64,000 nucleotides of DNA from NCBI GenBank assembly GCA_012295275.1, contig CM022674.1, forward strand, positions 5,890,001 to 5,954,000, written 5' to 3'. Source of the DNA: Chrysomallon squamiferum (lineage: Eukaryota > Animalia > Mollusca). Positions 1-18,944 of the stretch are shown piece by piece (position 1 is the first letter of the stretch; each line of letters starts with the position of its first letter). The notes under the pieces are model-generated. The model saw nothing but the letters and a program-made list of their open reading frames with translations, was not told the DNA's origin and made no database searches. The translations under genes and the position numbers were made by a program.

Positions 1-159
1 TGAACACTTTTTTGAATGAATAATGAATATTTACTAATGGTACTTTTTTTTATCAATTGTATTAATTTTAATGTTGGATATCTGTCACATAATTTTGTTT
101 ATGAGATTAAAATTGAGGCAAACTTCAATGACTCTTCTACAACATACATGGACATGTAT

Positions 160-208
<49 letters not shown>

Positions 209-367
209 TTTATTATTTATTATTGGGTGTGCAGTATTAATTCTCCCTAAACCTTTTTTTCTGATTGAAAGAAAAATAATAATAGACAATCAGTATATTT
301 TGGAAAGTACTGACTAATATATAACAAGTATTAATAATAGATAATAAGTAATCTATTTTATTTATAC

Positions 368-459
368 CTGGTTTCAAATGTGTAGTCAGGTACATCCAAA
401 AGATACTGTTCAACTGACTGAATCTGAGAAGGGGCTATTCCCGTTAACTGGTTCCCCAT
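368..459 (-). CDS. PIK3R4: Phosphoinositide 3-kinase regulatory subunit 4 (VPS15), first coding exon; gene continues off the left edge
   Basis: Minus strand from ATG at 459 reads MGNQLTGIAPSQIQSVEQYLLDVPDYTFET-AG|gtataa, matching the conserved myristoylated VPS15 N-terminus (MGNQLAGIAPSQILSVE). Acceptor ttag precedes 474. Too short for the ORF track. Confidence 0.93.
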
Positions 460-832
460 TTATTATTTCAAAATCTAATAAAAAAAACCACAAAATAAAA
501 TGCAATGTTAACATTTTAATATGAGAAAACATTTTATACACTAAACTTTTAAAACAAAATACAATAATAATAATAATAATAATAATCATAATAATCATAA
601 TAATAATAATAATAAATAAATAAATTAATTAATTAAAAAACAAAAACAAAGACGTAATATACTACTACTACTAGTACTACTACTACGAGTTCTAATGATA
701 ATAATAATTTCTTAACTAAAATATATTGATTACAATGGCACAAAACCGAATGATAATGAAAACAGAAGTAACGGTAGAAAGAGTCTGGTGAATTTTAGAA
801 TTTATATGGCAAGTTAAAAATATCAGACGTAC

Positions 833-1200
833 CCAGTAACAGTTTCCAATGAATAATGATAATTGGAGTCTGCTCCACCTCTTTCGCGGATCTACCTTTA
901 CGTTTCAGTTCCAAGTTATTTTATAATTCCGATGAATGCTATTTACAGTACTTTCAAAACTCCAATCATTTGAATTTTGCAATTAAATTGTCCTTGTAGC
1001 TTAAACGTTTTATCTAATTTTTCATAATAACATAAAGCCCTTCAACAAAAACAACAATTCTGCCATTCTAACCACTTACGCAAAATATAAGGAAGTGCTT
1101 GAAGTAAGTCTCTTTAAACAGAACGTCAATTCTCTCTAACCATTCTGTGTGATCGAAACAAAAATAATAATACACAATCGGTATATTTCGGAAACTTCCG
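833..1200 (-). promoter_or_regulatory. Probable PIK3R4 promoter and 5'UTR exons, with two candidate donors (exon ends at 833 and 1080)
   Basis: Minus-strand donors GG|gtacgt and GC|gtaagt lie in CpG-rich sequence, with an ETS-like CGGAAGT (minus) at about 1194-1200. Confidence 0.5.
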
Positions 1201-1578
1201 ACCTATACATAACGAAGTATTAAGTTTTATTTTAAAATACAAATAAATAAATAAAAGAATAAGCGATGTTTATCGAATCAGTTCTGGGATATTTTCTTTT
1301 ATGCTGTTGCTGGGTTGTTGTTGTTTTTCTGTAAATTTTTAAACTGGGGACTTTTATACGGAAAATACCGATTGGAAATACTATCAGATGGTTGACACTG
1401 AAAAATATTCGTGTGTGTGTTTGTGTGAGAGAGATGTTGTGCCTGTGAAGGTGTTCGTATGTACGTGTATAAGTATTCGGATAGGATGGCGACAGGGACA
1501 ATAGCACCAAGGGCCGTATATAAAAATAAATATTAATGCCGTCTGGACGCGATAGACATTACAAATTATATATCTTAA

Positions 1579-2114
1579 TGGCCCTTGTATTAAAACGCGA
1601 TTTTTGCAGTATATGTCGCAACTCTCTCTCTCTCTCTCTGTGTGTGTATATATATATAAAGAAAGAAAAAAAAAAAAAAAGACTGTCACGCCGGGTACTA
1701 TTCATCAGCGCGATTCAATATTTGCGTTATCGCATGCAATATATAGAATTTGATCTCGAGGTGATTTCTCCCGTTGTGTATTTCATCTTATTAAAAATTC
1801 ATTGTTATTCATGTACAAAAACATGAAAACTCTACCATCCTACAAAGTTTGTTGGCAACGGGAAACTATTATGAAGCCGTATATTTTCTACGGAATGTAC
1901 GATAATTCTAATAATTACTATTCTGTAAATATTAATACTGTCAAGTATCGTAAATTTTTATGAATATTCTTTTTTGTTTCGGTTACTTGTAATAGGAATA
2001 ACTTAGAGCTCGAATTTGTATTTGTAAAACTGCATTCGGTGTGCAAATAGTAACGCACAGTCAACACAGAAAAATCGCGGCATTGATATGCTGACGTCTG
2101 GCATGCAAGGGCCG
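1579..2114. mobile_element. Candidate degenerate non-autonomous DNA transposon (PIF/Harbinger-like ends)
   Basis: TAA|TGGCCCTTG...CGCGATTTTT at the left and AAAAATCGCG...CAAGGGCCG|TAA at the right give short inverted termini, subterminal inverted motifs and a TAA direct repeat on both flanks. Confidence 0.3.
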
Positions 2115-2711
2115 TAAATCTTAAATTCCTCCCTCCAATGGTGGACGAATTCAGATTTCCAGTTTCAAGGACCTACCGCATGAATGTACATTAATTACGT
2201 GTTTTATTTGTGTGTTTTTTTAAAAATTGTATTGCTTTAAGAAGTTAATAAATGAATAAATATATAGACTTCCATTTTACGTGCCATAAATAAAGTTGAC
2301 GTTAATAGTTAGTACACATCACACACAACAATGAAACCCAGAAGAGGGGAGCGATGGCAAATATTATTGTCATAACACATTTTTAAGATGACATCTTTAA
2401 ACATCTTGAATAACGTTAAAAATATTATAAACAAAAAATAAACCCAAAAATCGTTAATCTTTCAACGAATGCAAAACAAAATTAATCTCTCAATTATCAC
2501 TGTATTACAGTGAAAAGAAAACAAGCAATTTTATATATAAAAAAAAATATTTTATTAAAAAAAAAAAAAAACCTCAAAATTTGAAATTTTTATTTTTCTT
2601 AATTATTTAAATATTAAGAAAAATAAAATTATCAGTGCACACAACCATACCCTGATTTGCAGTTTTTATTATAATTTTATTTTTATTTATTTATTTTATT
2701 TTGTTTTTGTT

Positions 2712-9120
<6,409 letters not shown>

Positions 9121-9815
9121 TATTATAAAGTAAAGTTTTCTTCAAATAATTTTGAATATTGTAGATGTGAAATATTCTAAACCATGATGCTTATGGGCGC
9201 ATCCATATTGAAAATGTATTATGGGAAGTAACTCTAACTTCACTTCATAAAATGATAAATGTTTCATTCGATAGGGACTGGAATGAATATAAAACATCGC
9301 ACACGGATTAAGCTGAAAAGAACAGAACAAAAAATTAAATCTATTTACCATAAATAACGTTATTATGACCATAACATGTAATGTATGTATCCAAAGATCA
9401 ATAGTTTATTGTAAAAAAAAAATTATAACTAGCTCTTGCTAAATAATTAATCTGAAATGATAATTTGGAAGTGTCTACAAATTAAAATGAATTTAGTTAA
9501 TTTGTAAGTTTCATATTAAGTTTAAAGAATTCATTAATTATTTTTGTCATTATTAACTTTAGAATGTGTTTGTAACAGACCATATATAACTGTTGCCTTT
9601 TTTTTGCAAATATTAATTTGTTATTATTATTATATCCGGTCCATTACGGTTTTAAATTTTTACAACCCAGTCAGGATTTGTATATTTGTAAACAATTTCA
9701 TCCGGGTATATTCAAGATGTCGGCGCCCATTGTTCTACGTGTCACACAAATTAAATAATCAAACAGTCGTAAGATACAAGCTAAACGAAATCAGTAAAAC
9801 AGCTGGGCTTCGAAT
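9121..9815. promoter_or_regulatory. Divergent (bidirectional) promoter region between NSUN5 and the GLT8D1-like gene
   Basis: Head-to-head ATGs 695 bp apart, with local CpG enrichment at 9640-9860 and a YY1-like AAGATGTCGGC at about 9714-9724. Confidence 0.65.
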
Positions 9816-10734
9816 ATGGGTATCTGTTCGCCAAAACGCCGTAAGTGTTCGTAATAATTAGTTGTTTTGTTCGTATTTGCCGTTATATAAAATAATAACT
9901 AAACAAAATAATAATAATAAAAAATATATATAAAAATTAAATAAATTTATAAATAAAAATAAATCTTTCAAATTCAATTTATGTAACAGTAAATTTAAAT
10001 TTGTTTTCTTATTTTTTTATTTTTTGATAATAAGGACAATGATAAGTTGATAATTGATGGGTTTTTTTTAAGTTCTAACTTGTAACGTGTTAAGAGTAGT
10101 AACATTTTTCTCGTCAGCTAATAAATAACTAATAAGGACTGCTTATACGAGGTTCATAAACATGAAATGCATTCTGATTAGGTATTTTCTATATATACTA
10201 TATGTTTTGACAATATAAACAATTAATAATAGCAGTTTATGTGTAATTTTTTTTCTAATATGTTTATGATGACATTTATTTGTTTTTTTTTTATTTATAA
10301 CAAAGATAAAAATCTGTATATTTATTTATATTGATGTATAATATGAATTGATATCATGATCCTGAGAAACATGAATAACATTTACTGTTTTTGTTCCATT
10401 CCAGTTCTTCATTAATGATAAAGATAACAACATGTATATTAATATATATTAATATTACTATCTAATATAAAAACTGATAACATGATTGACATTTACTGTT
10501 TTTATTTTGCACCTAGCAGCTGAGAATGGGCTGAGGTGTTTGTTAAAATAGATAAACTTTACTTCGTTTCAGTTGGTGTTGTGCTTGTGTTTGTTTGGAT
10601 TGCTACTCTCTGTTATCTATGGTTTCCTGATTCTGTCTCAGATGTTTTTAACTTGCGAAGCTCTAAAGCAGGTAGGGTTTAACAATTATTGCATTTTTAA
10701 AAACATTTCTGAATGGGTAGACTACAATTTAACA

Positions 10735-10771
<37 letters not shown>

Positions 10772-11008
10772 TATATCATCATCACTGTTGTGTTATTATT
10801 ATTATTATTATTATTGTTGTCACTAAATGTCATTATTATCTCCATCATTATTTTTTTTTAAATCTAACAATTATTTCTTCTATGTTTGTAAATTAGATAG
10901 TATAGATCTATCTATTAGTTGTTTTTTCAATATTACTGAATACAGTAATTAGGATTTTTTTGCTATAAATGCATAAATAAACTTTTTGACTTTTTATTTC
11001 ATATCAAT

Positions 11009-11046
<38 letters not shown>

Positions 11047-13787
11047 GTAGGCAAGTCTGTTGCTAGGAAGATCAACCTGGACAGAAAATTCAGCAACATG
11101 TACAAAAATATTTCATCTGGAGAAATGATCCATGTGTGTATAACGACAGACAAAAACACACTGGGTGGGGCCGTCGCTCTCATAAACAGTATTGTGTCCA
11201 ACACGCAGGCTCCTGTCATGTTCCACATAGTGGCAAATGAAGAAAGCATGGATCATTTAAGGTTGGTGAAAAAAAGCAAACAGCCACACACAAATAAAGA
11301 CAACAAACGAAATGAAAAGTTCCGTAATAAATGATAATTTAAAAAAAAAAAAAGAAGCTTTTATGTCTGTATGTGTATGTATGTATCTATATGCATGTAT
11401 ATATTGTGTGTATTTGTATGTGTTTACATTTGCATGCATATGTGTGTGTGTGTGTTTATAGTATCCACATTAAAAAGCCCTATAATATTAAAAAAAAAAA
11501 ACATTAATAGCAAACCAATAAAACACCATAATTATCACACTTAATGAACCATTCAAGCATAAAAGATAGTAAAATTAAACATATGGAAATAAAATAAAAT
11601 AAAAAAGGGTTAACTGATTATGCCAGTTCAATAAAAAATATTTAAATAACATTTAGGTTTTTTTTTAAAAATATTTAAACAGCTGTTGTAATACTTTTTT
11701 TCTATTTTTCATCTATTAAATGTGTTAATTTTCTTTTCTTTTCTTTTTTATGTGAAAAAATAGTCAATAAATATAATTAATTTTAAGAAACAGACAAACA
11801 AAAACACACACACACATGCACACTAACACACAGATAAAACACATGATTTATAACGTGTATATGTATGGTGTATTTTATCTGTTTTACTATACTAGATGTC
11901 TTCCCACAGAATCATTATCATATAAATGTTAATACTGGAGTAAATAAGTAAGATAACGGTTTCCTGTAAACAAATCTTGCTTGTTATTTCAGTATCTGGT
12001 TAATGAAGAGCAAACTGAACAAGATTATTTATGAGCTGAAAGCTTTTGACCCAAAGCTGGTGGAAGGCAAAATAAAAGTTAGAGGAAGCAGGCCTGAGCT
12101 GGCTAGTCCTGTGAGTTTACTTATATTTAATATATTCCTGTGAGTTTACTTATATTTAATACATTCCTGTGAGTTTACTTATATTTAATACAGTCCTGTG
12201 AGTTTACTTATATTTAATACAGTCCTGTGAGATTACTTACATTTAATACACTCCTGTGAGTTTACTTACATTTAATACTTTACTGTGAGTTTACTTATAT
12301 TTAATACAGTCCTGTGAGTTTACTTACATTTAATACAGTCCTGTGAGTTTACTTACATTTAATACAGTCCTGTGATTTTACTTATATTTAATACAGTTCT
12401 GTGAGTTTACATACATTTAATATATTCCTGAGTTTACTCAAATTTAATACATTCCTGTGAGTTTATTCACATTTAATACAGTCCTGTGAGTTTACTTATA
12501 TTTAATACATTCCTGTGAGTTTACTCACATTTAATACATTCCTGTGAGTCACTTATATTTAATGCTTTCCTGTGAGTTATTCATATTTTATACTGTCTTG
12601 TGAGTATTTGTATTTTATAATTACATTTAACACTTTCCTGTGAGTTACTCATATTTTATATTGTCTTGTATTTTATAATTATATTTAAAACGTTTCTATG
12701 AGTTACTACATTTTTCTACTGAGTTTGTAAAAATCTTATGAGTAATTTATATTTTATTTAAATTTTTTATATTTTTTTAACTTTTAATTGCAGATGAATT
12801 ATGCCAGGTACTATTTACCCCAGTTGTTTCCTCGGCTAAAAGGACGAATCATTTTTATTGATGATGACTGCATCGTACAAGGTCTAATCATGTTCATAAT
12901 TTTGTTAAAAGATTCAGTAATGTTTTCTAGTTTGTTTGACTTTATTGCGTAATCAGTTAAGAATTCAAACATTAAAAAAATGTGTGTGATGTATGTGCAT
13001 GTGTGTAAACTTGATTTATAAATAAATATTCAGGCATTTGGTATTGTGGTATGAGAATATATGTGCATGATATGTGAATTTGTGCATAGGTATATATGAG
13101 CATATGTAATTGGGTAGATTATGTGTGTGAGTAAATGTTTTTACATCTGTGTGGCTGGTGTGTGTTAGTGTGTGTCTGTCTGTATGTCTGTCTCTCTCTC
13201 TGTCCATCTACCTGTCTTTTGACCATTTAATGGTGCTAAATCCTCAACAAAACTGAAATCATAGTAGATTTATCTCCCATTTTATTTTTTCATCATATTT
13301 ATTTATTTATTTATTTATTATTATTTTTTTAATTATTTTTTTGTTTGTTGCAGGTGATATTTCAGAGCTTTATAAAATGAAAATCAAACCAGGACACCTG
13401 GCTTCATTCTCACAAGACTGTACTGGTGCTGGCAAACGACTTACTTTGCTGAAGGTTGAATACTTAAACTTCCTTATTTATTTAGTATTTTATTATTTAT
13501 TATTAATTTAATTTTTTAATTTTTTTTTTATTATTGTTTGAGATATCAAATGCCTGAAAAAGAGATATTTAATATTAAATAAAAAGAAAAGAAGAAATAA
13601 AATGTTCATCATTCTTTAACTCTAATTTGTCTTGAGAATTCCTGCTGATTTTTAAATTGTGTTTGCTGAAAAGCTAAATATATTTCAAAAATTTATAATT
13701 TTGTTTTATATTCACTTATTTTTTTTTTTTTTTTTTTTTATTTTATTTTATTTTATTTTATTTTATTTTATTTTTTTTTTTTTTTTT

Positions 13788-13870
<83 letters not shown>

Positions 13871-13886
13871 CCATTTTATTATCCAT

Positions 13887-13923
<37 letters not shown>

Positions 13924-14598
13924 TTTATTTTCAGAATAATTATGCAGATTACATAGACTTCAAGAACAAACACGTCCAGAAGCTAAAAATCAAGCCAACG
14001 GCGTGTTCCTTCAACACTGGTCTGTTTGTCACTGACATTTCTCTGTGGAGGAAAATACAACATCACAAAACAGCTGGAGTTCTGGTTGGAACTGAATACA
14101 AAGTAAGTCTCCACATTTCTTGTAAGTCAGTGGATTTGTGGATGGATGGATGGATGGACAGACAGGTTGTTGGATGGCTAGATAGTTTATTATATAAACA
14201 CAGATGAATCAATAGATGCTGTCTTGAATTTGTATGACACAGATTATATTTTAATCTACCTACTTTGTTTTACTAATTTATTCTAATTTGTTTATTTTCT
14301 CAGGGAAGAGGTTGTATGGCAATGAACGAGGAGGGGGTGGCTCCCAGCCTCCAATGATGCTGGTGTTTTATAACAAATACACAGAAATACCCCCTGTGTG
14401 GCACGTCAGGTACTTAGGTGAGTATACAAGTTCTTCTCAGATCAGTATTGTTCTGAGACATTTAGACACTTTCTGTTCATAAAGGCCATGATTTCCTCTT
14501 TCTCTAAACTTCTGTAAACATGGAGCAATCGTCTGTTTGTTTTCATAGATGAGTGAATCTTTATTTTCAGATAAACTCTCTCTCTCTCTCTCTCTCTC

Positions 14599-14669
<71 letters not shown>

Positions 14670-15239
14670 GTCTGTCTGTCTGTCTCCACATGCACAGATG
14701 TGACTTTAATAAATAGCATTACAAAGGATGTTTGAAAATACTGTTGTAAAATAGAATAAAAATTAAAATAAAATGAATGATGATGATAAAAATGAAAAAG
14801 TGATGATTTGAATTTAAAAAAAAAAAAATGTATATATAATAAAATCATTGAGATATTTAAGTATGGCAGAATAACATTTCTTCTCTGATAACAATTTCAT
14901 AATTACATCTGTAATTCATAAAATTCACTTACCTTCATAAAAGTACCACTTAGACATTAACCCTTTCACTGTCAAGTGTGTCACTGTCTGATGGCAATGT
15001 TAATGGATTAATCAAATTATATCTTTTCTTTTTCTTTTTCTTTTTTTTTCTTTTTTCCCTCTCCAGGATGGACAACAGGCACCAGCTACACTAAACAGTT
15101 TATCCAAAAAGCTAAACTTCTTCACTGGAACGGCCGATTTAAACCATGGGGACGTCAAACACAGCATGTGGACATTTGGAACAAATACTTCATTAAAGAT
15201 CCACTTGAAAGATTTAAACCAGTTCGCAAGTCAAATTGA
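9816..15239 (+). CDS. GLT8D1: Glycosyltransferase family 8 domain protein (GLT8D1/2-like), type II membrane, 9 coding exons, two +1 frameshifts as assembled
   Basis: Exons 9816-9840, 10573-10671, 11051-11261, 11993-12110, 12794-12881, 13354-13454, 13935-14102, 14304-14417, 15067-15239. Signal anchor MGICSPKRLGVVLVFVWIATLCYLW; motifs NYARYYLP, IFIDDDCIVQGDI (DxD), CSFNTG, SQPPMMLVF, LLHWNGRFKPW. About 364 aa after correction. GLT8D1 versus GLT8D2 cannot be resolved. Confidence 0.88.
12105..12745 (+). repeat. 29-bp minisatellite (about 19-20 copies) derived from the exon 4 donor junction
   Basis: Unit (a/t)(g/t)tcctGTGAGTttactta(t/c)atttaatac starts at the real donor CCT|GTGAGT (12110/12111) and decays toward the 3' end of the intron. 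Confidence 0.95.
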
Positions 15240-15291
15240 TTAAAAGTTTAAGTTCTCACACATGTGGTCACTATTTAAATTTAAACAAACA

Positions 15292-15325
<34 letters not shown>

Positions 15326-17734
15326 TCTGAGAATTGTTAAAATTTATGGTTTTTAATGTTGGTGTATGATGGGTTAACATTTGGGTTTATATCTGTGTGT
15401 GCTTATCTACATGTAAATGTATTGTATGAATACAATTTGTCTTCTTTATGTGTGAATCAAAGTAGCAGTTTAAAAGCACATGTACTTTAATGGTGATCAG
15501 TATTACAGTTGTGTGTGTATTAGAACAAATGAAATAAAATAAAGATAAAAAAAATATATGGATGAATAGCATAACAGGAAAAGTTATAAATAAAATTAAA
15601 TTAATTTTTAAATTTTTTTTATTATATATCAGCAGAAACCATCTGTTTCACAAACCTGAACTATTTATTGTTTGACATTTTGAATTATTTTTGGTAAACA
15701 AAAAAAAAAAAAAATGGATTACATAAATATGAACATATTTCATTTTTGCCAGACAAGTTACAAACACAATCCTAGTTAATTTAAAAACAGTAATATTAAT
15801 TGTTTTCTTTTCTTTTTTCCTTTTAATTTTTTCAAACATTCCGGGTTTTTTTTTGGTGGGGGGTTGTAAAAAAGAAATCAAATCAAAACAGAAAACGTAA
15901 AAATAAATTGTTTTAATACATTTTTACTTTTTTGTATTCTTATATTTTATCAAAATAACTAGTGTTATCTTTACTGCACAAAAAGGTGATGTTAATTTTT
16001 ATGTCATTTTTAACTGTTTCATGACAAAAAAATATTTTATAATTAGAAACATATTTGGTCGAAGGTTAAATGTTTTGTGTGTCATTGTTCCTAAATATTT
16101 CAACATGTTTTTTGAAAGTCATGTCATTTTTGTAAATGAAATGAACAAATATATATATTTAAAAAAATGTAACAAACAATAATGTATAATTTTGTTTATT
16201 TTGTTTATTTTTTTTGTTATAGAAGTTAACAGCATCATAAATACTCTTCTTTTTTGCTTTTTTGCTAATAAAACGTATTTTAATATGTATTATGTATTGT
16301 ATTATACTATTCTTTTCCAGTAATGAAATAGGGCAGTTACAAAGCTTGTCAGATTATTTCGTAGACAGAAATGTTAAAAAAACAACAACATCAAAATAAT
16401 AATGAAATTGTAATAGAATTGTGTAGAACAGAGTAAATAAGGAAAAAGTGTCAAAGTAAATCATAAAAATTCATCTAACATGGCTTTTTGTTTTAAATAA
16501 CTTGATTTGCTGTTTTAGTATGACTTTATTCTTAACAAAGGTTGGTGACATAGTATGTAAAATGTATTTAAAGCTATTTTTTATTTCACTGTATATTAAT
16601 TGGTTCAGTATTTACATACTAATGAATTTACATACTAATGCTTTAAGTTTTATTTATACTGTTTTGGGATTTTTAAAATGATCTCCTTAATAAAAACTGA
16701 ACAGCTGTGTAAATATTATTATTTAGAGATATCTGCTATGTGCCACTGTATATGAAATTTCGTCTGTTACACTTATTTACAAAAAAAGTACCCATGTAAG
16801 GAATACCATACACAATTAGGCTGTAACTGATAAAATTTTATATTGTCATTTGCTAATTGCTAAAACAAATTTTTATTGTTGATGTTTCATCTGAACTTAC
16901 ATTTTGTTGTTATTTCCATTATCAGTATTTTACTATAAATTATCCTGTATGAATATACTCAGTGAATGAACAAATCAATTGATTGTTTTGAAGAAAAAAA
17001 ATTTAATATTTTGATTTTAAATACTTTAGCATGTAAACCAGTGCCAAGAAAAATGATTCAGTGTGCTCAGCTTCAGGAAATTATCATAGGCTGGATTTAA
17101 CAGGTTTTAATAAAAATCAAAAAATTAACAGGATTCGAACTTCTGAAATAAAATTATAAATGGTCTTTCAGACTCAAGATAGTAGGTTATGGACAGTTCT
17201 TTTTTGACCCTGTTTAGCTACTTTAACAGAGAATATAACTGCATAATTGAATATTTTGCAATTTTTAGAGCTATTTAATAAGATCCTAAGATGGAGAAGG
17301 GACATTATCAAGAGCAAACAGAAAGTAAAGCTATAATGACCAAGAGAAACTTTCAGATACCATTGTAGATATGTCCTTACCTAATGTTTTATTAGCTCAT
17401 GTCTAATCTGGGTACCTAGCTATTATTTTATTTTATTTATTTATTTATTTATTTTTTTAACTGATCAAAATTGGCCAGCTTGGTTGGTAATATAAAAATA
17501 TGCTTTAATGGTAACATGCACATCGATAGCTTTTACATTTTTAATGTTTATTTTACATATTTACATATATTGTCATCTGTATATTCAGTTTTGTTTTTTT
17601 TCAGTTTGGAATTTATTTGATACTTTTTTAAAAACAAAATAAGCAATAACTGTTTTGCTTCATGGAGGAAAATAAAATTATAATTCAATTATGTTTTGAT
17701 CATTATCACCTTTGGTATTATAATTAATATATGT

Positions 17735-17778
<44 letters not shown>

Positions 17779-18757
17779 GGAAAGAGAGACGGGGTGTGTC
17801 TGCATTTGTGCCAGGGAGTAATTCTTATTAAAAAGGTACATGTATGTGTATTATAGAGGTTTCTTCCTATCACCACACTAACAAAATGACAAACTAATTT
17901 TTATTTTTTATTTACCATATTATTTCAAGTAGAATGTGACAGCATTTAAAAACAACTATTCATTTTATAATGGCTTTATAAATAAAATATATGCACTGTA
18001 TAATTACTGGGTTTTTTTTGTTATTTATTTGGTAGCAGTTAACACATGGTGACATTGAATTTCAAGTAAGTTTCATTACTTAAAACATAAACTGTTATTA
18101 TTAATTAGCAGTTCAAATTGAAAAAACACACACACACACACACACAAACTCAAAATAATAAGATAAAAAATAAATGGCAATGAGTTTTAACAACATACCT
18201 TTACTAGTATAACTTCAGGTGTTTAAATAATGTCAAAAATGTCATGACTTATTATTGAGACTTATTTATTTGGCTGTGCTTTGATAGCACTAGTTACCTG
18301 AAATATATATTAATAATTAGCATTGTGAAAAAAAATATATTAACTAAAACACACATCTGTTACAAATAAATATTTGTTAATGTATAATAACATTATACTT
18401 CCAAATTAAATGTAAATTATTTATTGAATGCATCATATACTGCTGAATAAATACTTTTAAATGTTTTATTTCCCATTTTTTCAGTAATTTCTGTAGAAAA
18501 TCATCTGGTGTGTTTTGTCTAATAATAATAAGAAGAAGAAGAAGAAAGAAAGAAAGAAAGACAGCTTGATATAAAATGACAGAAAACAAACATATTAAAT
18601 AAATTTTGTTTATTCCAAATTAGTGAATTAACAATGCGCTAACTTTACTACCAGTCGAATGCTGTTTGAACTTTAAAGAATTATATTCATAATCAAAAGA
18701 AATGTACGAAAATTGCCAAAAATTATGAATAAATAAATAAATAGTTTTATTTTAATG

Positions 18758-18769
18758 CGTTACGTAACG
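18758..18769. promoter_or_regulatory. Perfect palindrome CGTTACGTAACG (PAR-bZIP/NFIL3 D-box consensus RTTAYGTAAY) upstream of NECAP
   Basis: A 12-bp palindrome about 175 bp upstream of the NECAP ATG. Confidence 0.4.
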
Positions 18770-18944
18770 TTTTAATAATAATTAAAAAATGTTAATATGA
18801 TAATTAAATTAATATAACGACAATTATTTTATTATTTACAACGAATAATAAATGTCCCCTTAACTACTTCAGGAAATTATTAAATCTTTTGTAGACTGGT
18901 TTTCTAAGCGTGGCGTAGTATATTAAAGAGTCAAGTTTAACAAC

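Noticed and set aside
1338-1360. AAAAGTCCCCAG on the minus strand, resembling RNase MRP CR-I
   Set aside because: There is no matching CR-V (GGGGCTCA) downstream and the context is unstructured and A-rich.
10516-10535. Possible GLT8D1 start exon (agaATGGGCTGAG|gt)
   Set aside because: ATG GGC TGA stops at once; the ATG at 9816 gives the correct phase and a signal anchor.
13659-13934. Long hydrophobic N-terminus of the 182-aa ORF, and similar poly-I/F/Y, CV and RE ORFs elsewhere
   Set aside because: These are translations of intronic microsatellites.
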